From: Actinomycetes bacterium
GTDB lineage: Bacteria; Actinomycetota; Actinomycetes; Prado026
Direction of reading: 5' to 3'
Assembly (NCBI GenBank): GCA_038252405.1
Contig: JBBSAJ010000008.1
Location: 26,866-90,865, forward strand
Length of the DNA: 64,000 nucleotides
Below, in pieces: positions 53,561 through 63,705 of this stretch. Both the position numbers and the translations under genes were made by a program. Position 1 is the stretch's first letter; each line of letters starts with the position of its first letter. The notes under the pieces are model-generated. The model saw only the letters and a program-made list of their open reading frames with translations, searched no databases and was not told the DNA's origin.

Positions 53561-54592
53561 TCACATCGTCGAGTGCTCGGACTTCGGGTCGCGGCTCATC
53601 AGCGCGGCAACGACGTCGCCCGGCGTCCTGCCGTCGTGCACGGTCGCGACCACCTGCTCGGTGATCGGCATGTCGACGCCGTGTCGGTGCGCCAGCTCGA
53701 GGATCGGCCCGCAGGACTTCACGCCCTCGCAGGTCTGCTTCATCGCGGCCGTGGCCTCGGCCATGCTCATGCCGCGCCCGAGGTTCTCCCCGAACGTCCG
53801 GTTGCGGGACAGCGGCGACGAGCAGGTGGCCACCAGGTCACCGGTGCCGGCCAGTCCGAAGAACGTGGTGGCGTTCGCACCCAGGGCCAGCCCGAAGCGC
53901 ATCATCTCGGCCAGCCCCCTGGTGATGATCGCGGCCTGGGTGTTCTCGCCGAACCCCATGCCGGCGGCCATCCCGCTGACCAGCGCGATGACGTTCTTCA
54001 CCGACCCGCCGACCTCCGCGCCCACCACGTCGAGGTTCGTGTACGGCCGGAAGTACCGGGTCGTGCAGGCCGCCTGCAGCCGGGCGGCAGTCTCCTCCGC
54101 CGTACAGGCCACGACCGTCGCCGCCGGCTGGCGCAGCACGATCTCCCCAGCCAGGTTCGGCCCCGAGATGACGGCGATCCGGTCCTGGGCGATCCCCGTG
54201 GCCTCGCGGACCACCTGGCTCATCCGCTGCATGCTGCCCAGCTCGATGCCCTTCATCAGGCTGACCAGGACGGCGTCCGCCGGGAGGTCGGGCAGCCAGC
54301 TCACCAGGTTCTCGCGCAGCACCTGGGCCGGCAGGGCCAGCACCACGAAGTCCGCACCCTCCAGCGCCACCCGAGGGTCACCGGTCGCCCGCAGCCGAGG
54401 CGGCAGCGCGACGCCGGGGTGGTAGCGGCGGTTCTGGTGGGTGGCCTCGATCTCCGCGGCCAGCTCCGGGTCGTGACCCCACAGGACGACGTCACAGCCG
54501 GCGTCGGCGAGCACCATGCCGAACGCCGTGCCCCAGGAGCCGCTGCCCATGACGGCCGCCCTGGGGCCGCCGCTGCCGGTCCGGCTGCTCAT
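53561..54592 (-). CDS. gpsA: NAD(P)H-dependent glycerol-3-phosphate dehydrogenase
   Basis: GSGSWG, KGIE, SGPNLA, KNVIA and SRN. Confidence 0.96.
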   Translation of the reverse strand: MSSRTGSGGPRAAVMGSGSWGTAFGMVLADAGCDVVLWGHDPELAAEIEATHQNRRYHPGVALPPRLRATGDPRVALEGADFVVLALPAQVLRENLVSWLPDLPADAVLVSLMKGIELGSMQRMSQVVREATGIAQDRIAVISGPNLAGEIVLRQPAATVVACTAEETAARLQAACTTRYFRPYTNLDVVGAEVGGSVKNVIALVSGMAAGMGFGENTQAAIITRGLAEMMRFGLALGANATTFFGLAGTGDLVATCSSPLSRNRTFGENLGRGMSMAEATAAMKQTCEGVKSCGPILELAHRHGVDMPITEQVVATVHDGRTPGDVVAALMSRDPKSEHSTM

Positions 54593-55365
54593 CGGTTCTC
54601 CTGCGACGGGCCACTGCCGGCGGCGCGCCGGGCCCGCTTGGGGTTGCCGATCACGGGCACTCCCGCCGAGCGCGGGTCGAAGCGCTGCGCGGGCGGCTCC
54701 TCCTGGCGCAGCTCGGCCAGCAGCTCGGTGATCGCGGCCATGATGCGGTCGGTCGCCTCCCTCAGCAGCGTGGCGTCCATCGGCCGCCCGCGCAGGTCGT
54801 CCAGGTCGACCGGCTCGCCCACGGTCACGTGCACGGCCTTGCGTGGCAGCAGGTGCGGCCGCGTCGAGTACGGCGCCAACAGCTCGTTCGCCCCCCAGTG
54901 CACCAGCGGGATCACCGGGCACCCGGCTGTCAGCGCGATCCGGGCGGCTCCAGACTTGCCGACCATCGGCCACAGCCCCGGGTCTCGCGTCAGGGTGCCC
55001 TCGGGGTAGACCACCACGCACTCACCCTGGCGGACGGCGGCGACGGCCGCACGCACCGAGTCCCCTGCGTCGACCGACTCGCGGTAGACCGGGATCTGCT
55101 TGGCCCCGCGCACCACCATCCCGACGAAGGGCACGTCGAACATTGAGCTCTTGGCCAGGAACCGGACCGGACGCTTGAGGTCCCACAGGAAGTGCGCGAC
55201 CACGAGCGGGTCGAGGTGCGAGTTGTGGTTGGTCACCACGACGACGCCGCCCTGCCTCGGCACTCGCTCCCGGTGTCGCCAGTCCCGCCCGGTGACCATC
55301 AGCAGCAGCGGCTTGAGGATCACGACGGCGAACCAGAACCAGAACCCCGGTTTGGTTCGCGCCAA
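54589..55365 (-). CDS. Lysophospholipid acyltransferase (PlsC family; start uncertain)
   Basis: NHNSHLD (HxxxxD) and YPEGT. Confidence 0.92.
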   Translation of the reverse strand: MARTKPGFWFWFAVVILKPLLLMVTGRDWRHRERVPRQGGVVVVTNHNSHLDPLVVAHFLWDLKRPVRFLAKSSMFDVPFVGMVVRGAKQIPVYRESVDAGDSVRAAVAAVRQGECVVVYPEGTLTRDPGLWPMVGKSGAARIALTAGCPVIPLVHWGANELLAPYSTRPHLLPRKAVHVTVGEPVDLDDLRGRPMDATLLREATDRIMAAITELLAELRQEEPPAQRFDPRSAGVPVIGNPKRARRAAGSGPSQENR

Positions 55366-55450
55366 CGGTGTTCCTCTCACTCGAGCCCGCGGACCCATCC
55401 TCCCGCCCGCCGCCACCGGTGTCGAGGCTGCCTGCGAGGATCACCCTGTC

Positions 55451-56110
55451 ATGTCGTCAGCGCAGAGCACCCCGCCGGCCTGGGCTGTCGTCGTCCCCGT
55501 CAAGCGGCTCGAGGTCGCGAAGACCCGGCTGTCCCGGGTGGCGGGGCCGCACCGGGGTGCTCTCGCGTCGGCGTTCGCCGTCGACACTGTGGCTGCCGCG
55601 CTGCAGGCTCCCGGCGTGGCCTGGGTCCTGGTGGTGACGGACGAGCCCGAGGTGAGCCGCCTGGTCCGCGAGCTGGGGGCGCAGCCGGTCCTCGACGTGC
55701 CCGCCGCGGGGCTGAACCCGGCGCTCGTGTACGGGGCCGCGGTAGCCACCCGACACTCTCCCGAGCTAGGCGTGGCCGCGCTCTCCGCGGACCTGCCGGC
55801 ACTGCGCCCGGCCGAGCTGGGCCGGGCGCTGGCCGCGGCGCTGACCCACCCGGTCTCGTTCGTCAGCGACGCGGAGGGCACCGGGACGACGCTGTTGGCC
55901 GCCCGGCCAGGGGAACCCTTCCAGCCCCAGTTCGGGCACCGGTCGCGGGCCGCGCACCACGCCGACGGAGCCGTCGAGATCACTCTTGACGGGCTGCCCA
56001 CGCTGCACCGCGACGTCGACACCGAGGTGGACCTCGTGGACGCGCGGCGTCTCGGGCTCGGCCCGCTCACCGAGGCGCTGGTCTCCTCGCTCCTCGACGG
56101 GCAGCTGTGA
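55451..56110 (+). CDS. cofC: 2-phospho-L-lactate/PEP guanylyltransferase (F420 biosynthesis)
   Basis: VVPVKRLEVAKTRL, ADLPAL, GTGTT and RDVDT. Confidence 0.9.
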   Translation: MSSAQSTPPAWAVVVPVKRLEVAKTRLSRVAGPHRGALASAFAVDTVAAALQAPGVAWVLVVTDEPEVSRLVRELGAQPVLDVPAAGLNPALVYGAAVATRHSPELGVAALSADLPALRPAELGRALAAALTHPVSFVSDAEGTGTTLLAARPGEPFQPQFGHRSRAAHHADGAVEITLDGLPTLHRDVDTEVDLVDARRLGLGPLTEALVSSLLDGQL

Positions 56111-56316
56111 CCACGACGCGCCAGGCCACGGTCGGCTCCTTCGACCCGCAGTCCGGCAGCGGGACCGTCCTGCTGGACGACGGGACGCCGCTGACGTTCG
56201 ACGCGGAGGCGTTCGCGGACAGCGGCTTCCGGCTGCTGCGCTCCGGTCAGCGTGTCCAGGCGCTGCTGGACGACGACAGCCTCCGGGTCCGCACCCTGCG
56301 GATGCTCTACACCTGA
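56107..56316 (+). CDS. Small cold-shock/OB-fold-like protein
   Basis: QATVGSFD...GTVLLDDG...LLRSGQRV; GTGA overlap with cofC. Confidence 0.7.
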   Translation: MTTTRQATVGSFDPQSGSGTVLLDDGTPLTFDAEAFADSGFRLLRSGQRVQALLDDDSLRVRTLRMLYT

Positions 56317-56696
56317 CCGTGCGCGCGGTCACGTGCTGCCCGGACCACCGCCGCAGCGACGTCCTCACCGCGTGCCACCAGACCGGCCACCACGCCGTCC
56401 ATGTCGGCGGCCGACCGGTTCTGGCTCAGCTTCACCTTGGCCTCGATCCGGCTGATCACGACCTCCACGCCCACGATCGCCCGTAGCTGGGCGGCCACAT
56501 ACTCGGTGGGCGCGTCGTCCACCGACCCGCTCCGACTTCGTCGCGTACCAGCCGGGGGACACATACGCGTCCGGCCCACGCACGATGACCAGCGCCTGGC
56601 CGAGTAAGGGCAGCCGCCACTGGTCGTTGTTCCTGGCCACGTGCCCCAGCAGCGCACCGCCTCCGGGCCAGCGGCGAAGTGGGTGGGGACGTACAT
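56307..56696 (-). pseudogene. PaiB-like FMN-binding regulator with two internal deletions
   Basis: MYVP.HF (frame A), ALLGHVARNNDQW...GPDAYVSPGWY (frame B), SVDDAP...KLSQNR (frame A). Confidence 0.75.
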
Positions 56697-56711
56697 GGCG
56701 GGGGGTGCTGC

Positions 56712-57104
56712 TCAGTCGAAGGAGCTGAGGTCGGGCGGTACGTCCACGGCGTTCTCGCGCAGGGCCTCGAGCGGGACGACGTCCAGCGCCCTGGCGTGCG
56801 TCGAGGCCAGGACGACGGGAGCCGCGACCCCGGCCCGGTGTGCCTGCAGCCAGCGCACCGCGACCACGCACCACCGGTCCCCCGGGCGCAGCCCCGGGAA
56901 CCGGTACTCCGGCCGCGGCGTGACCAAGTCGTTGCCCACGGCCAGCTGGTGCTCCAGGAACTCCGAAGTCACCACGGCACACACCGTGTGGCTGCCCACG
57001 TCGTCCGGGCCGCTGGAGCAGGACCCGTCGCGGTAGTACCCGGTGACCGGGTCGGCCCCGCATGGCTCGAGGTCCCCGCCGAGGACGTTGCGCTCACTCG
57101 TCAC
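56712..57104 (-). CDS. DUF2237 family protein
   Basis: RNVLGGDLEPC, TGYYRDG.C and GDRWCV. Confidence 0.9.
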   Translation of the reverse strand: MTSERNVLGGDLEPCGADPVTGYYRDGSCSSGPDDVGSHTVCAVVTSEFLEHQLAVGNDLVTPRPEYRFPGLRPGDRWCVVAVRWLQAHRAGVAAPVVLASTHARALDVVPLEALRENAVDVPPDLSSFD

Positions 57105-57152
57105 CCGCCAAGCCTCTCACCGCGCCGCTCGAGGTCGCGGCAGACTCTGCGC

Positions 57153-58130
57153 ATGCCCGTCGAACGGCCACGCCGGCGCACCCGCCTCGCGTCCTCGGCT
57201 GCCGTCGTCGTGGCGGTGGTGGTCGTGCTCGCCCTGACCGGCTGCACGGCGGGAGACGGGTCGACCGGCGGCAGCGCCACCAGCGGCGCAGGGACGGTCG
57301 CCCCCGGGTCGTCGACCCAGACCGTCACCGTCGACGGACGGCAGCGCACCTTCCGGCTGTACCTGCCGCCGTCGCTGACCCTCATCAGGCGCGTTCCCCT
57401 CGTCGTCATGCTGCACGGCGGGTTCGGCAGCGCGGAGCAGGCCGAGTCCTCGTACGGCTGGGATGCCGCGGCGGACCGCGGGCACTTCGTCGTCGCCTAC
57501 CCGGACGGCCTCAACCGTGCCTGGAACGTCGGCGGCGGGTGCTGCGGCCAGCCGGGCCGCAGCGGGGTGGACGACGTCGGGTTCGTGCGTCAGGTCGTCA
57601 GCCTCGTGAGCCGTGAGCTGCCCGTCGACAGGGCGCGCGTGTTCGCCACCGGCATCTCCAACGGCGGCATGTTCGCCTGCCGGCTGGCTTGCGACACCAC
57701 GCTGTTCGCGGCGATCGGCCCGGACTCGGCCACCGTGCTCGGGGACTGCCCGTCCCCGGCCCCCCTGTCGGTGATCCACATCCATGGGACGGCGGACCAG
57801 AACATCCCCTACGACGGTAGCCAGGGCAACGGGTTCGCGACGATCGACGGCCCCGCCGTGCCCGCGGTCGTCGCGTCCTGGCGCGGCGTCGACGCCTGCC
57901 CGGCCCCCGAGGTGTCGACCGCCGGGCCGGTGACCCGGTCGGTGGCCGGCTGCCCCGACGGCCGGTCCGTGGAGCTGATCACGATCGCCGGTGCGGGGCA
58001 TCAGTGGCCCGGCGCCGCATCGAAACCGTTGGCGCGGACGCTGCGCGGGGCCGAACCGCCGTCAACCGCGCTGGACGCCACGGCCACGATCTGGCAGTTC
58101 TTCGCGTCCCACCCCGAGCCCGGCGGCTGA
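57153..58130 (+). CDS. Secreted esterase/PHB-depolymerase-like lipoprotein
   Basis: LTGC lipobox, LHGG, GISNGG nucleophile elbow, IHGTAD and HQWPG. Confidence 0.85.
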   Translation: MPVERPRRRTRLASSAAVVVAVVVVLALTGCTAGDGSTGGSATSGAGTVAPGSSTQTVTVDGRQRTFRLYLPPSLTLIRRVPLVVMLHGGFGSAEQAESSYGWDAAADRGHFVVAYPDGLNRAWNVGGGCCGQPGRSGVDDVGFVRQVVSLVSRELPVDRARVFATGISNGGMFACRLACDTTLFAAIGPDSATVLGDCPSPAPLSVIHIHGTADQNIPYDGSQGNGFATIDGPAVPAVVASWRGVDACPAPEVSTAGPVTRSVAGCPDGRSVELITIAGAGHQWPGAASKPLARTLRGAEPPSTALDATATIWQFFASHPEPGG

Positions 58131-58137
58131 CCAGCGC

Positions 58138-58983
58138 TCAGCGCGGACGCCGCAGCAGCTCCTCCAGGGACGTGGCCGGGTGGCCGGTCAGCCGCGGCAC
58201 CGCGTCGGTGACGCCGTCCAGCTCAGCGTTCGCGACGGCAATGTACGTGCTGACCCAGGCGTCGACCTGCCAGCCCGGGGCCCGGTACTGCGCCCGCGAC
58301 GCGTACGCCTCCTCGACGGTCTCGTCGTGGAAGGACACCGGTCGGCCGGTGGCCCGGGTGAGCACCTCCGCCATCTCGGTGAACGTGAGCGCCGCCGGCC
58401 CGGTGAGGTCGTACGTGGCGCCCGCGTGCCGCCCTGGGGACCGCAGCACGGCGACGGCGGCGTCCGCGATGTCGTCGATGGCCACGGCGGCCGCCCGCCC
58501 CGAGCCGCCCGGTCCGCGGATCACGCCGTCCGCGCCCACCATGGCGGGCAGGAAGTCCAGGTAGAGGTTGTCCCGCAGGAAGGTGTGCGACACCCCGCTG
58601 GCCCGGACGTGCTCCTCGGTGGCCCAGTGGTCGCGGGCCAGGGTGAAGGTCGCCTCAGGCGCGGCACCGAAGTACGAGACGTACACCAGGTGGTCGATCC
58701 CGGCGGCTGCTGCCGCGTCGACGAAGGTGCGGTGGCGATCCACCCGGTCGAGCGTCTCGCCGGCCGAGACCATCAGCACGGCGTGAACACCGTCCAGGGC
58801 CGCGCGGACGCCGGCCGCGTCACCGAACTCAGCCGAAACGACACGTGCTCCAGGCAGCCGCGGAACCCTGGAGGGGTCCCTCGCCACCAGGCGCAGCGGC
58901 ACCTCGAGGGCCGCCAACCGGCGTGCCACGGCTCCCCCGAGCCGTCCGGTCACACCCGTGACCGCGATCGGGGCGGTGACCAT
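58138..58983 (-). CDS. NmrA-like NAD(P)-binding (atypical SDR) protein
   Basis: AVTGVTGRLG and TFLRDNLY. Confidence 0.88.
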   Translation of the reverse strand: MVTAPIAVTGVTGRLGGAVARRLAALEVPLRLVARDPSRVPRLPGARVVSAEFGDAAGVRAALDGVHAVLMVSAGETLDRVDRHRTFVDAAAAAGIDHLVYVSYFGAAPEATFTLARDHWATEEHVRASGVSHTFLRDNLYLDFLPAMVGADGVIRGPGGSGRAAAVAIDDIADAAVAVLRSPGRHAGATYDLTGPAALTFTEMAEVLTRATGRPVSFHDETVEEAYASRAQYRAPGWQVDAWVSTYIAVANAELDGVTDAVPRLTGHPATSLEELLRRPR

Positions 58984-59045
58984 CGCATCCTGGGTCTGCA
59001 TGCCGCCCACAACCTCGGGGTGCACGGGCGGATTCCCCGACAACG

Positions 59046-59077
59046 AACGGCCCGGCCCCTGACGGGGCCGGGCCGTT
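59046..59077 (-). terminator. Intrinsic terminator downstream of hupB
   Basis: Perfect 14-bp stem AACGGCCCGGCCCC with a 4-nt loop, 13 nt after the stop. Confidence 0.8.
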
Positions 59078-59090
59078 TCGCTGGTGAGCC

Positions 59091-59696
59091 TCAGGCCCTC
59101 TTGGCGGGAGCCTTCTTGGCCGGAGCCTTGCGGGCGGGCGCCTTCTTCGCCGGCGCGGCCTTCTTGGCGGCGGCGGTCGCGCGGACCGGAGCCTTCTTGG
59201 CCGGGGCGGCCTTCACGGGCGCCGCCTTCTTCGCCGCAGCCTTGGCGGGAGCCGCCTTGGCCGGGGTGGCCTTCCGGACAGCGGCCTTGGCCGGGGCGGC
59301 CTTGGCCGGTGCCCTCTTGGCTGGTGCCTTCTTGGCCGCAGCAGCCTTGGCCGGTGCTGCCTTCGCGGGCGCCTTGGTGGCTGTCGCCTTCACCGGAGCC
59401 GCCTTCTTGGCGACCTTGCGGGCCCCGCTGGTGAACGCCTTGAACTCGGCACCGGCGCGGAAGCGCGGGACCGCGGTCTTCTTCACCTTGACGGTGGCAC
59501 CGGTGCGCGGGTTGCGGGCGGTCCGCGCTGCGCGCTCGACCTTCTCGAAGACGCCGAAGCCGGTGATGGCGACCTTCTCGCCGCGAGCGACCGCGTCTTG
59601 GATGTGCTCGAAGACTGCGTCGACGAGCTTCGTTGTCTCCTGCTTGCTCTTCTCCAACTGTGCGGACAGCTGGTCGACCAGTTCGGTCCTGTTCAC
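59091..59696 (-). CDS. hupB: HU DNA-binding protein with PAKK-rich tail
   Basis: ITGFGVF, ARTARNPRTG and Lys/Ala repeats. Confidence 0.95.
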   Translation of the reverse strand: MNRTELVDQLSAQLEKSKQETTKLVDAVFEHIQDAVARGEKVAITGFGVFEKVERAARTARNPRTGATVKVKKTAVPRFRAGAEFKAFTSGARKVAKKAAPVKATATKAPAKAAPAKAAAAKKAPAKRAPAKAAPAKAAVRKATPAKAAPAKAAAKKAAPVKAAPAKKAPVRATAAAKKAAPAKKAPARKAPAKKAPAKRA

Positions 59697-59929
59697 TGCT
59701 TCCCCTCCGGGAGTGGTAAGGCCGAGCCGATGCCCGACATTGGGGAAACGGTATGCGCACAGGTGCTCATGGAGCAACGACCGGGCCATCGAAGTCATGT
59801 TGTGTCGCAAGGACTTTCGTCCGCGACGACGACGGAGCGGGGTCCGTTAACGATCCCTTAACCGACTGAGCGGCGAGAGTTTCGCCTTACCGGACAAGCA
59901 CTTTCCTCCGGTAGCGAAGCAGAACACGG

Positions 59930-60517
59930 TCAGGAAGTGGTCGGGAGAAAGGCTGGCCGGCGGTGCTCGAAGTCGTCGATTGCCGGCTCGTGGCGAAGGC
60001 TCAGTCCGATGTCGTCGAGGCCCTCCATGAGCCGCCAGCGGGTGTAGTCGTCGAGGACGAACGGCGCGACCTGGCCGCTCCAACGCACCTCGCGAGCCTC
60101 CAGGTCGACGGTGACCTCGGTGGCCGGGGCCGCCTCGACGGCGGCCCAGATCCGCTCCACCACGTCGAGGGGCAGCTCCACGGTCAGCAGCCCGCCCTTG
60201 AGTGAGTTGCCCCGGAAAATGTCCGCGAACCGGGGCGAGACGACCACCCGGAAGCCGTAGTTCTGCAACGCCCAGACCGCGTGCTCACGCGACGAGCCGG
60301 TGCCGAAGTCCGGCCCCGCGACGAGGACGCTGGCGCCGGCGTACTGCGGCTGGTTGAGCACGAACGCCGGGTCCTGCCGCCAGGCGGCGAACAGCCCGTC
60401 CTCGAAGCCGCTGCGGCTCACCCGCTTGAGGTACACCGCCGGGATGATCTGGTCGGTGTCGACGTTGCTGCGCCGCAGCGGCACAGCCCGTCCGGTATGG
60501 GCGACGAACTTCTCCAT
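59930..60517 (-). CDS. leuD: 3-isopropylmalate dehydratase small subunit
   Basis: [10 protein letters not shown] and [10 protein letters not shown]. Confidence 0.97.
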   Translation of the reverse strand: MEKFVAHTGRAVPLRRSNVDTDQIIPAVYLKRVSRSGFEDGLFAAWRQDPAFVLNQPQYAGASVLVAGPDFGTGSSREHAVWALQNYGFRVVVSPRFADIFRGNSLKGGLLTVELPLDVVERIWAAVEAAPATEVTVDLEAREVRWSGQVAPFVLDDYTRWRLMEGLDDIGLSLRHEPAIDDFEHRRPAFLPTTS

Positions 60518-60528
60518 GGCAGCTGCTC

Positions 60529-61929
60529 CTAGTCCAAGTCCGCGGGCGACGACAGCCGCCCAGTCACAGCGGTCGCCGCGGCGACCTGCGGTGACACCAG
60601 ATGGGTCCGGCCACCCTTGCCCTGACGGCCTTCGAAGTTGCGGTTCGACGTCGACGCGCTGCGCTCGCCCGGCGCCAGCTGGTCGGGGTTCATCCCCAGG
60701 CACATGGAGCAGCCAGCATGCCGCCACTCGGCACCCGCCTGGGTGAACACCTCGTCCAGCCCTTCGGCCTCGGCCTGCAGCCGGACCCGCACCGACCCGG
60801 GTACCACGAGCATCCGGACACCGTCGGCGACCTTCCGGCCGTCGATCACGGCGGCCGCGGCCCGCAGGTCCTCGATCCGGCCGTTGGTGCACGAGCCGAC
60901 GAACACGGTGTCCACCGCGACGTCGCGCAGCGCCGTGCCCGCCGTGAGGCCCATGTACTCCAGCGCGCGCTGGGCCCCGAGCCGCTCGGCCTCGTCGGCG
61001 AAGTCGTCCGGGTTCGGGACGGCAGCCGACAGCGGCACCCCCTGGCCGGGGTTGGTGCCCCAGGTGACGAACGGGCTCAGGGTGGACGCGTCGATGGCCA
61101 CCTCACGGTCGAAGGCGGCGTCGTCGTCGCTGCGCAGTGTCCGCCAGTAGGCGACCGCGGCGTCCCAGTCGGCGCCCGACGGCGCGTGCGGGCGGCCCCT
61201 GAGGTACTCCAGGGTCGTCTCATCCGGGGCGATCATCCCGGCCCGGGCTCCGGCCTCGATCGACATGTTGCACACCGTCATCCGGGCCTCCATCGACAGG
61301 GACCGGATGGCCTCGCCGCGGTACTCGATGACGTGGCCCTGCCCGCCGCCGGTGCCGATCTGCGCGATGACCGCGAGCACCAGGTCCTTGGCGGTGACGC
61401 CGGGGGGCAGCTGCCGGTCGACGGTCACGGCCATGGTGCGAAACGGCTTGAGCGGCAGGGTCTGGGTGGCCAGGACGTGCTCGACCTCGCTGGTGCCGAT
61501 GCCGAACGCGAGCGCACCGAAGGCGCCGTGGGTGCTGGTGTGCGAGTCGCCGCAGACGACCGTCATGCCCGGCTGGGTCAGTCCCAGCTGTGGGCCAACG
61601 ACGTGCACGATGCCCTGCTCGACGTCCCCGAGCGGGTGCAGCGGGACGCCGAACTCCCGGCAGTTGCGGCGCAGCGTCTCGACCTGTTGGCGCGACACCG
61701 GGTCGGCGATCGGCAGGTCGATGTCGAGGGTCGGCACGTTGTGGTCCTCGGTGGCGAAGGTGAGATCCGGACGTCGGACGCCCCGACCGGCCTCCCGCAG
61801 GCCGTCGAAGGCCTGTGGGCTGGTCACCTCGTGCACGAGATGCAGGTCGATGTAGAGCAGGTCGGGCTCACCCTCGGCCCGGTGGACGACGTGGGCCTCC
61901 CACACCTTCTCTGCCAGCGTCTTCGCCAT
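60529..61929 (-). CDS. leuC: 3-isopropylmalate dehydratase large subunit
   Basis: [28 protein letters not shown] and NRNFEGRQG. Confidence 0.97.
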   Translation of the reverse strand: MAKTLAEKVWEAHVVHRAEGEPDLLYIDLHLVHEVTSPQAFDGLREAGRGVRRPDLTFATEDHNVPTLDIDLPIADPVSRQQVETLRRNCREFGVPLHPLGDVEQGIVHVVGPQLGLTQPGMTVVCGDSHTSTHGAFGALAFGIGTSEVEHVLATQTLPLKPFRTMAVTVDRQLPPGVTAKDLVLAVIAQIGTGGGQGHVIEYRGEAIRSLSMEARMTVCNMSIEAGARAGMIAPDETTLEYLRGRPHAPSGADWDAAVAYWRTLRSDDDAAFDREVAIDASTLSPFVTWGTNPGQGVPLSAAVPNPDDFADEAERLGAQRALEYMGLTAGTALRDVAVDTVFVGSCTNGRIEDLRAAAAVIDGRKVADGVRMLVVPGSVRVRLQAEAEGLDEVFTQAGAEWRHAGCSMCLGMNPDQLAPGERSASTSNRNFEGRQGKGGRTHLVSPQVAAATAVTGRLSSPADLD

Positions 61930-61948
61930 TGTTGCCTCCACTGGTGCA

Positions 61949-61963
61949 TCTCGCATGTCGAGA
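61949..61963. promoter_or_regulatory. 15-bp palindrome between leuC and the IclR gene (candidate operator)
   Basis: TCTCG-CATGT-CGAGA; TAGTAT -10 lies 6 nt before ATG 61979. Confidence 0.5.
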
Positions 61964-61978
61964 CGCTAGTATCGGATC

Positions 61979-62692
61979 ATGGACAAGTCTAGCGGAGTCG
62001 GCGTCCTTGACAAGGCCGCCCTCGTCCTGGGCGCGCTGGAGGCCGGCCCCCAGTCCCTGGCCGGCTTGGTCCAGGCCACCGGCCTGGCTCGGCCCACGGC
62101 CCACCGGCTGGCCCTGGCCCTCGAGCACCACCGGTTCGTCACGCGGGACCTGCAGGGCCGGTTCACCCTCGGTCCCCGGCTCGGCGAGCTGGCCGCCGCA
62201 GCCGGCGAGGACCGGCTCATCGCGGCCGCCGGGCCGGTGCTCACCTGGCTGCGTGACACGACCGGGGAGAGCGCCCAGCTGTACCGGCGCCAGGGCCAGG
62301 AGCGCATCTGCGTGGCCGTCGCCGAGCTGCCCTCGGGGCTTCGGGACACGGTGCCGGTCGGCTCGGCGCTGTCTATGCAGGCCGGGTCGGCCGCCCAGGT
62401 GCTGCTCGCCTGGGAGGAGCCGGACCGGCTGCACCGCGGGCTGGCCGGAGCCCGCTTCACGGCGAGCACGCTGTCGGCGCTGCGCCGTCGGGGCTGGGCA
62501 CAGAGCGTGGGCGAGCGCGAGCCCGGCGTCGCTTCGGTCTCCGCACCGGTGCGCAGCCCGTCGGGCCGGGTCGTGGCCGCCGTATCGGTGTCCGGACCGA
62601 TCGAGCGGCTCACCCGGACGCCGGGACGGCTGCACGCGGCGTCCGTGGTCACCGCGGCCCAGCGCCTGTCCGAGGCACTGCGCCCCAGCTGA
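61979..62692 (+). CDS. IclR family regulator (NdgR/LtbR-like)
   Basis: SGVGVLDKA, TGLARPTAHRL and TGESAQLYRRQG; divergent from leuC. Confidence 0.92.
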   Translation: MDKSSGVGVLDKAALVLGALEAGPQSLAGLVQATGLARPTAHRLALALEHHRFVTRDLQGRFTLGPRLGELAAAAGEDRLIAAAGPVLTWLRDTTGESAQLYRRQGQERICVAVAELPSGLRDTVPVGSALSMQAGSAAQVLLAWEEPDRLHRGLAGARFTASTLSALRRRGWAQSVGEREPGVASVSAPVRSPSGRVVAAVSVSGPIERLTRTPGRLHAASVVTAAQRLSEALRPS

Positions 62693-62726
62693 CCCGTCAC
62701 CCCATCCGAGCCGCCAGGATGGGCGG

Positions 62727-63705
62727 ATGCGTGGTACCACCTACCGGGTCCCTGACCTCGTCCTGACCGAGCACACCTTCTCGGTACCGCTCGACCACCG
62801 AGACCCCACGAGCGAGCCGATCGAGGTCTTCGCCCGCGAGGTCGTGGCCGCCGGTCGGGAGGGCGACGACCTGCCGTGGCTGCTGTTCCTCCAGGGCGAC
62901 CCGGGTGTCGAGGCCACCCGCCCATTGCGGCGACACACCCCGGACTGGCTGGACAGGGCACTGCAGGAGTTCCGAGTCCTGCTGCTCGACCAGCGTGGGA
63001 CGGGCCGCTCATCACCGGTCGGACCGAACGACGTCGGCACGCACGGTCCGGCCGGGCTTGCGGCACGGCTCGTCCACTTCCGCGCCGACTCGATCGTGCG
63101 CGACGCCGAGCAGGTCCGGCGCGAGCTAGGGGTCGAGCGGTGGGCGGTGCTCGGGCAGAGCTTCGGCGGGTTCTGCATCGTCAGCTACCTGTCGATGCAC
63201 CCCGAGTCGTTGAGCCTGGCCCTGATCGCCGGCGGGCTGCCGCCGCTGGACCGCTCGATCGACGAGGTCTACACGGCCACCTACCGGCGTACCGCCGACA
63301 AGGTCGCCCGCCACTACGCCCGCTACCCGGCGGACCATGCCCGGGTCCGCTCGATCGTGGCCCGGCTGGCGGCCGACGACGTCCGGCTGCCGTCGGGTGA
63401 CCGGCTCACCCCGCGCCGGTTCCGGCAGCTCGGCATCCTGCTGGGCACCGGGGACGGGTCGGAGCGGCTGCACTTCATCCTGGAGCTCCCACCCGGCTCC
63501 CCCGCCTTCGTCCATGAGGTCGCCGGGGCGATGTCGTTCGCTCGCAACCCGTTGTACGCCGTCGTCCACGAGTCCTGCTACGCGCCCGGGCTGCCCACCC
63601 ACTGGGCCGCCGAGCGGCTGCTGCCGGCCGAGTACGCCGCCGACCCGACCCTGCTCACGGGTGAGCACGTCTACCCGTGGATGTTCGCCGAGTACTCCGG
63701 GCTCG
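62727..63705 (+). pseudogene. Proline iminopeptidase-like hydrolase, apparently C-terminally truncated
   Basis: VPLDH, LLDQRGTG, GQSFGG and GEHVYPWMF; the frame then runs antisense into the MFS gene to a stop at 63911. Confidence 0.7.

Noticed and set aside
59100-59420. Repetitive DNA in hupB
   Set aside because: Ordinary PAKKA tail of actinobacterial HU.
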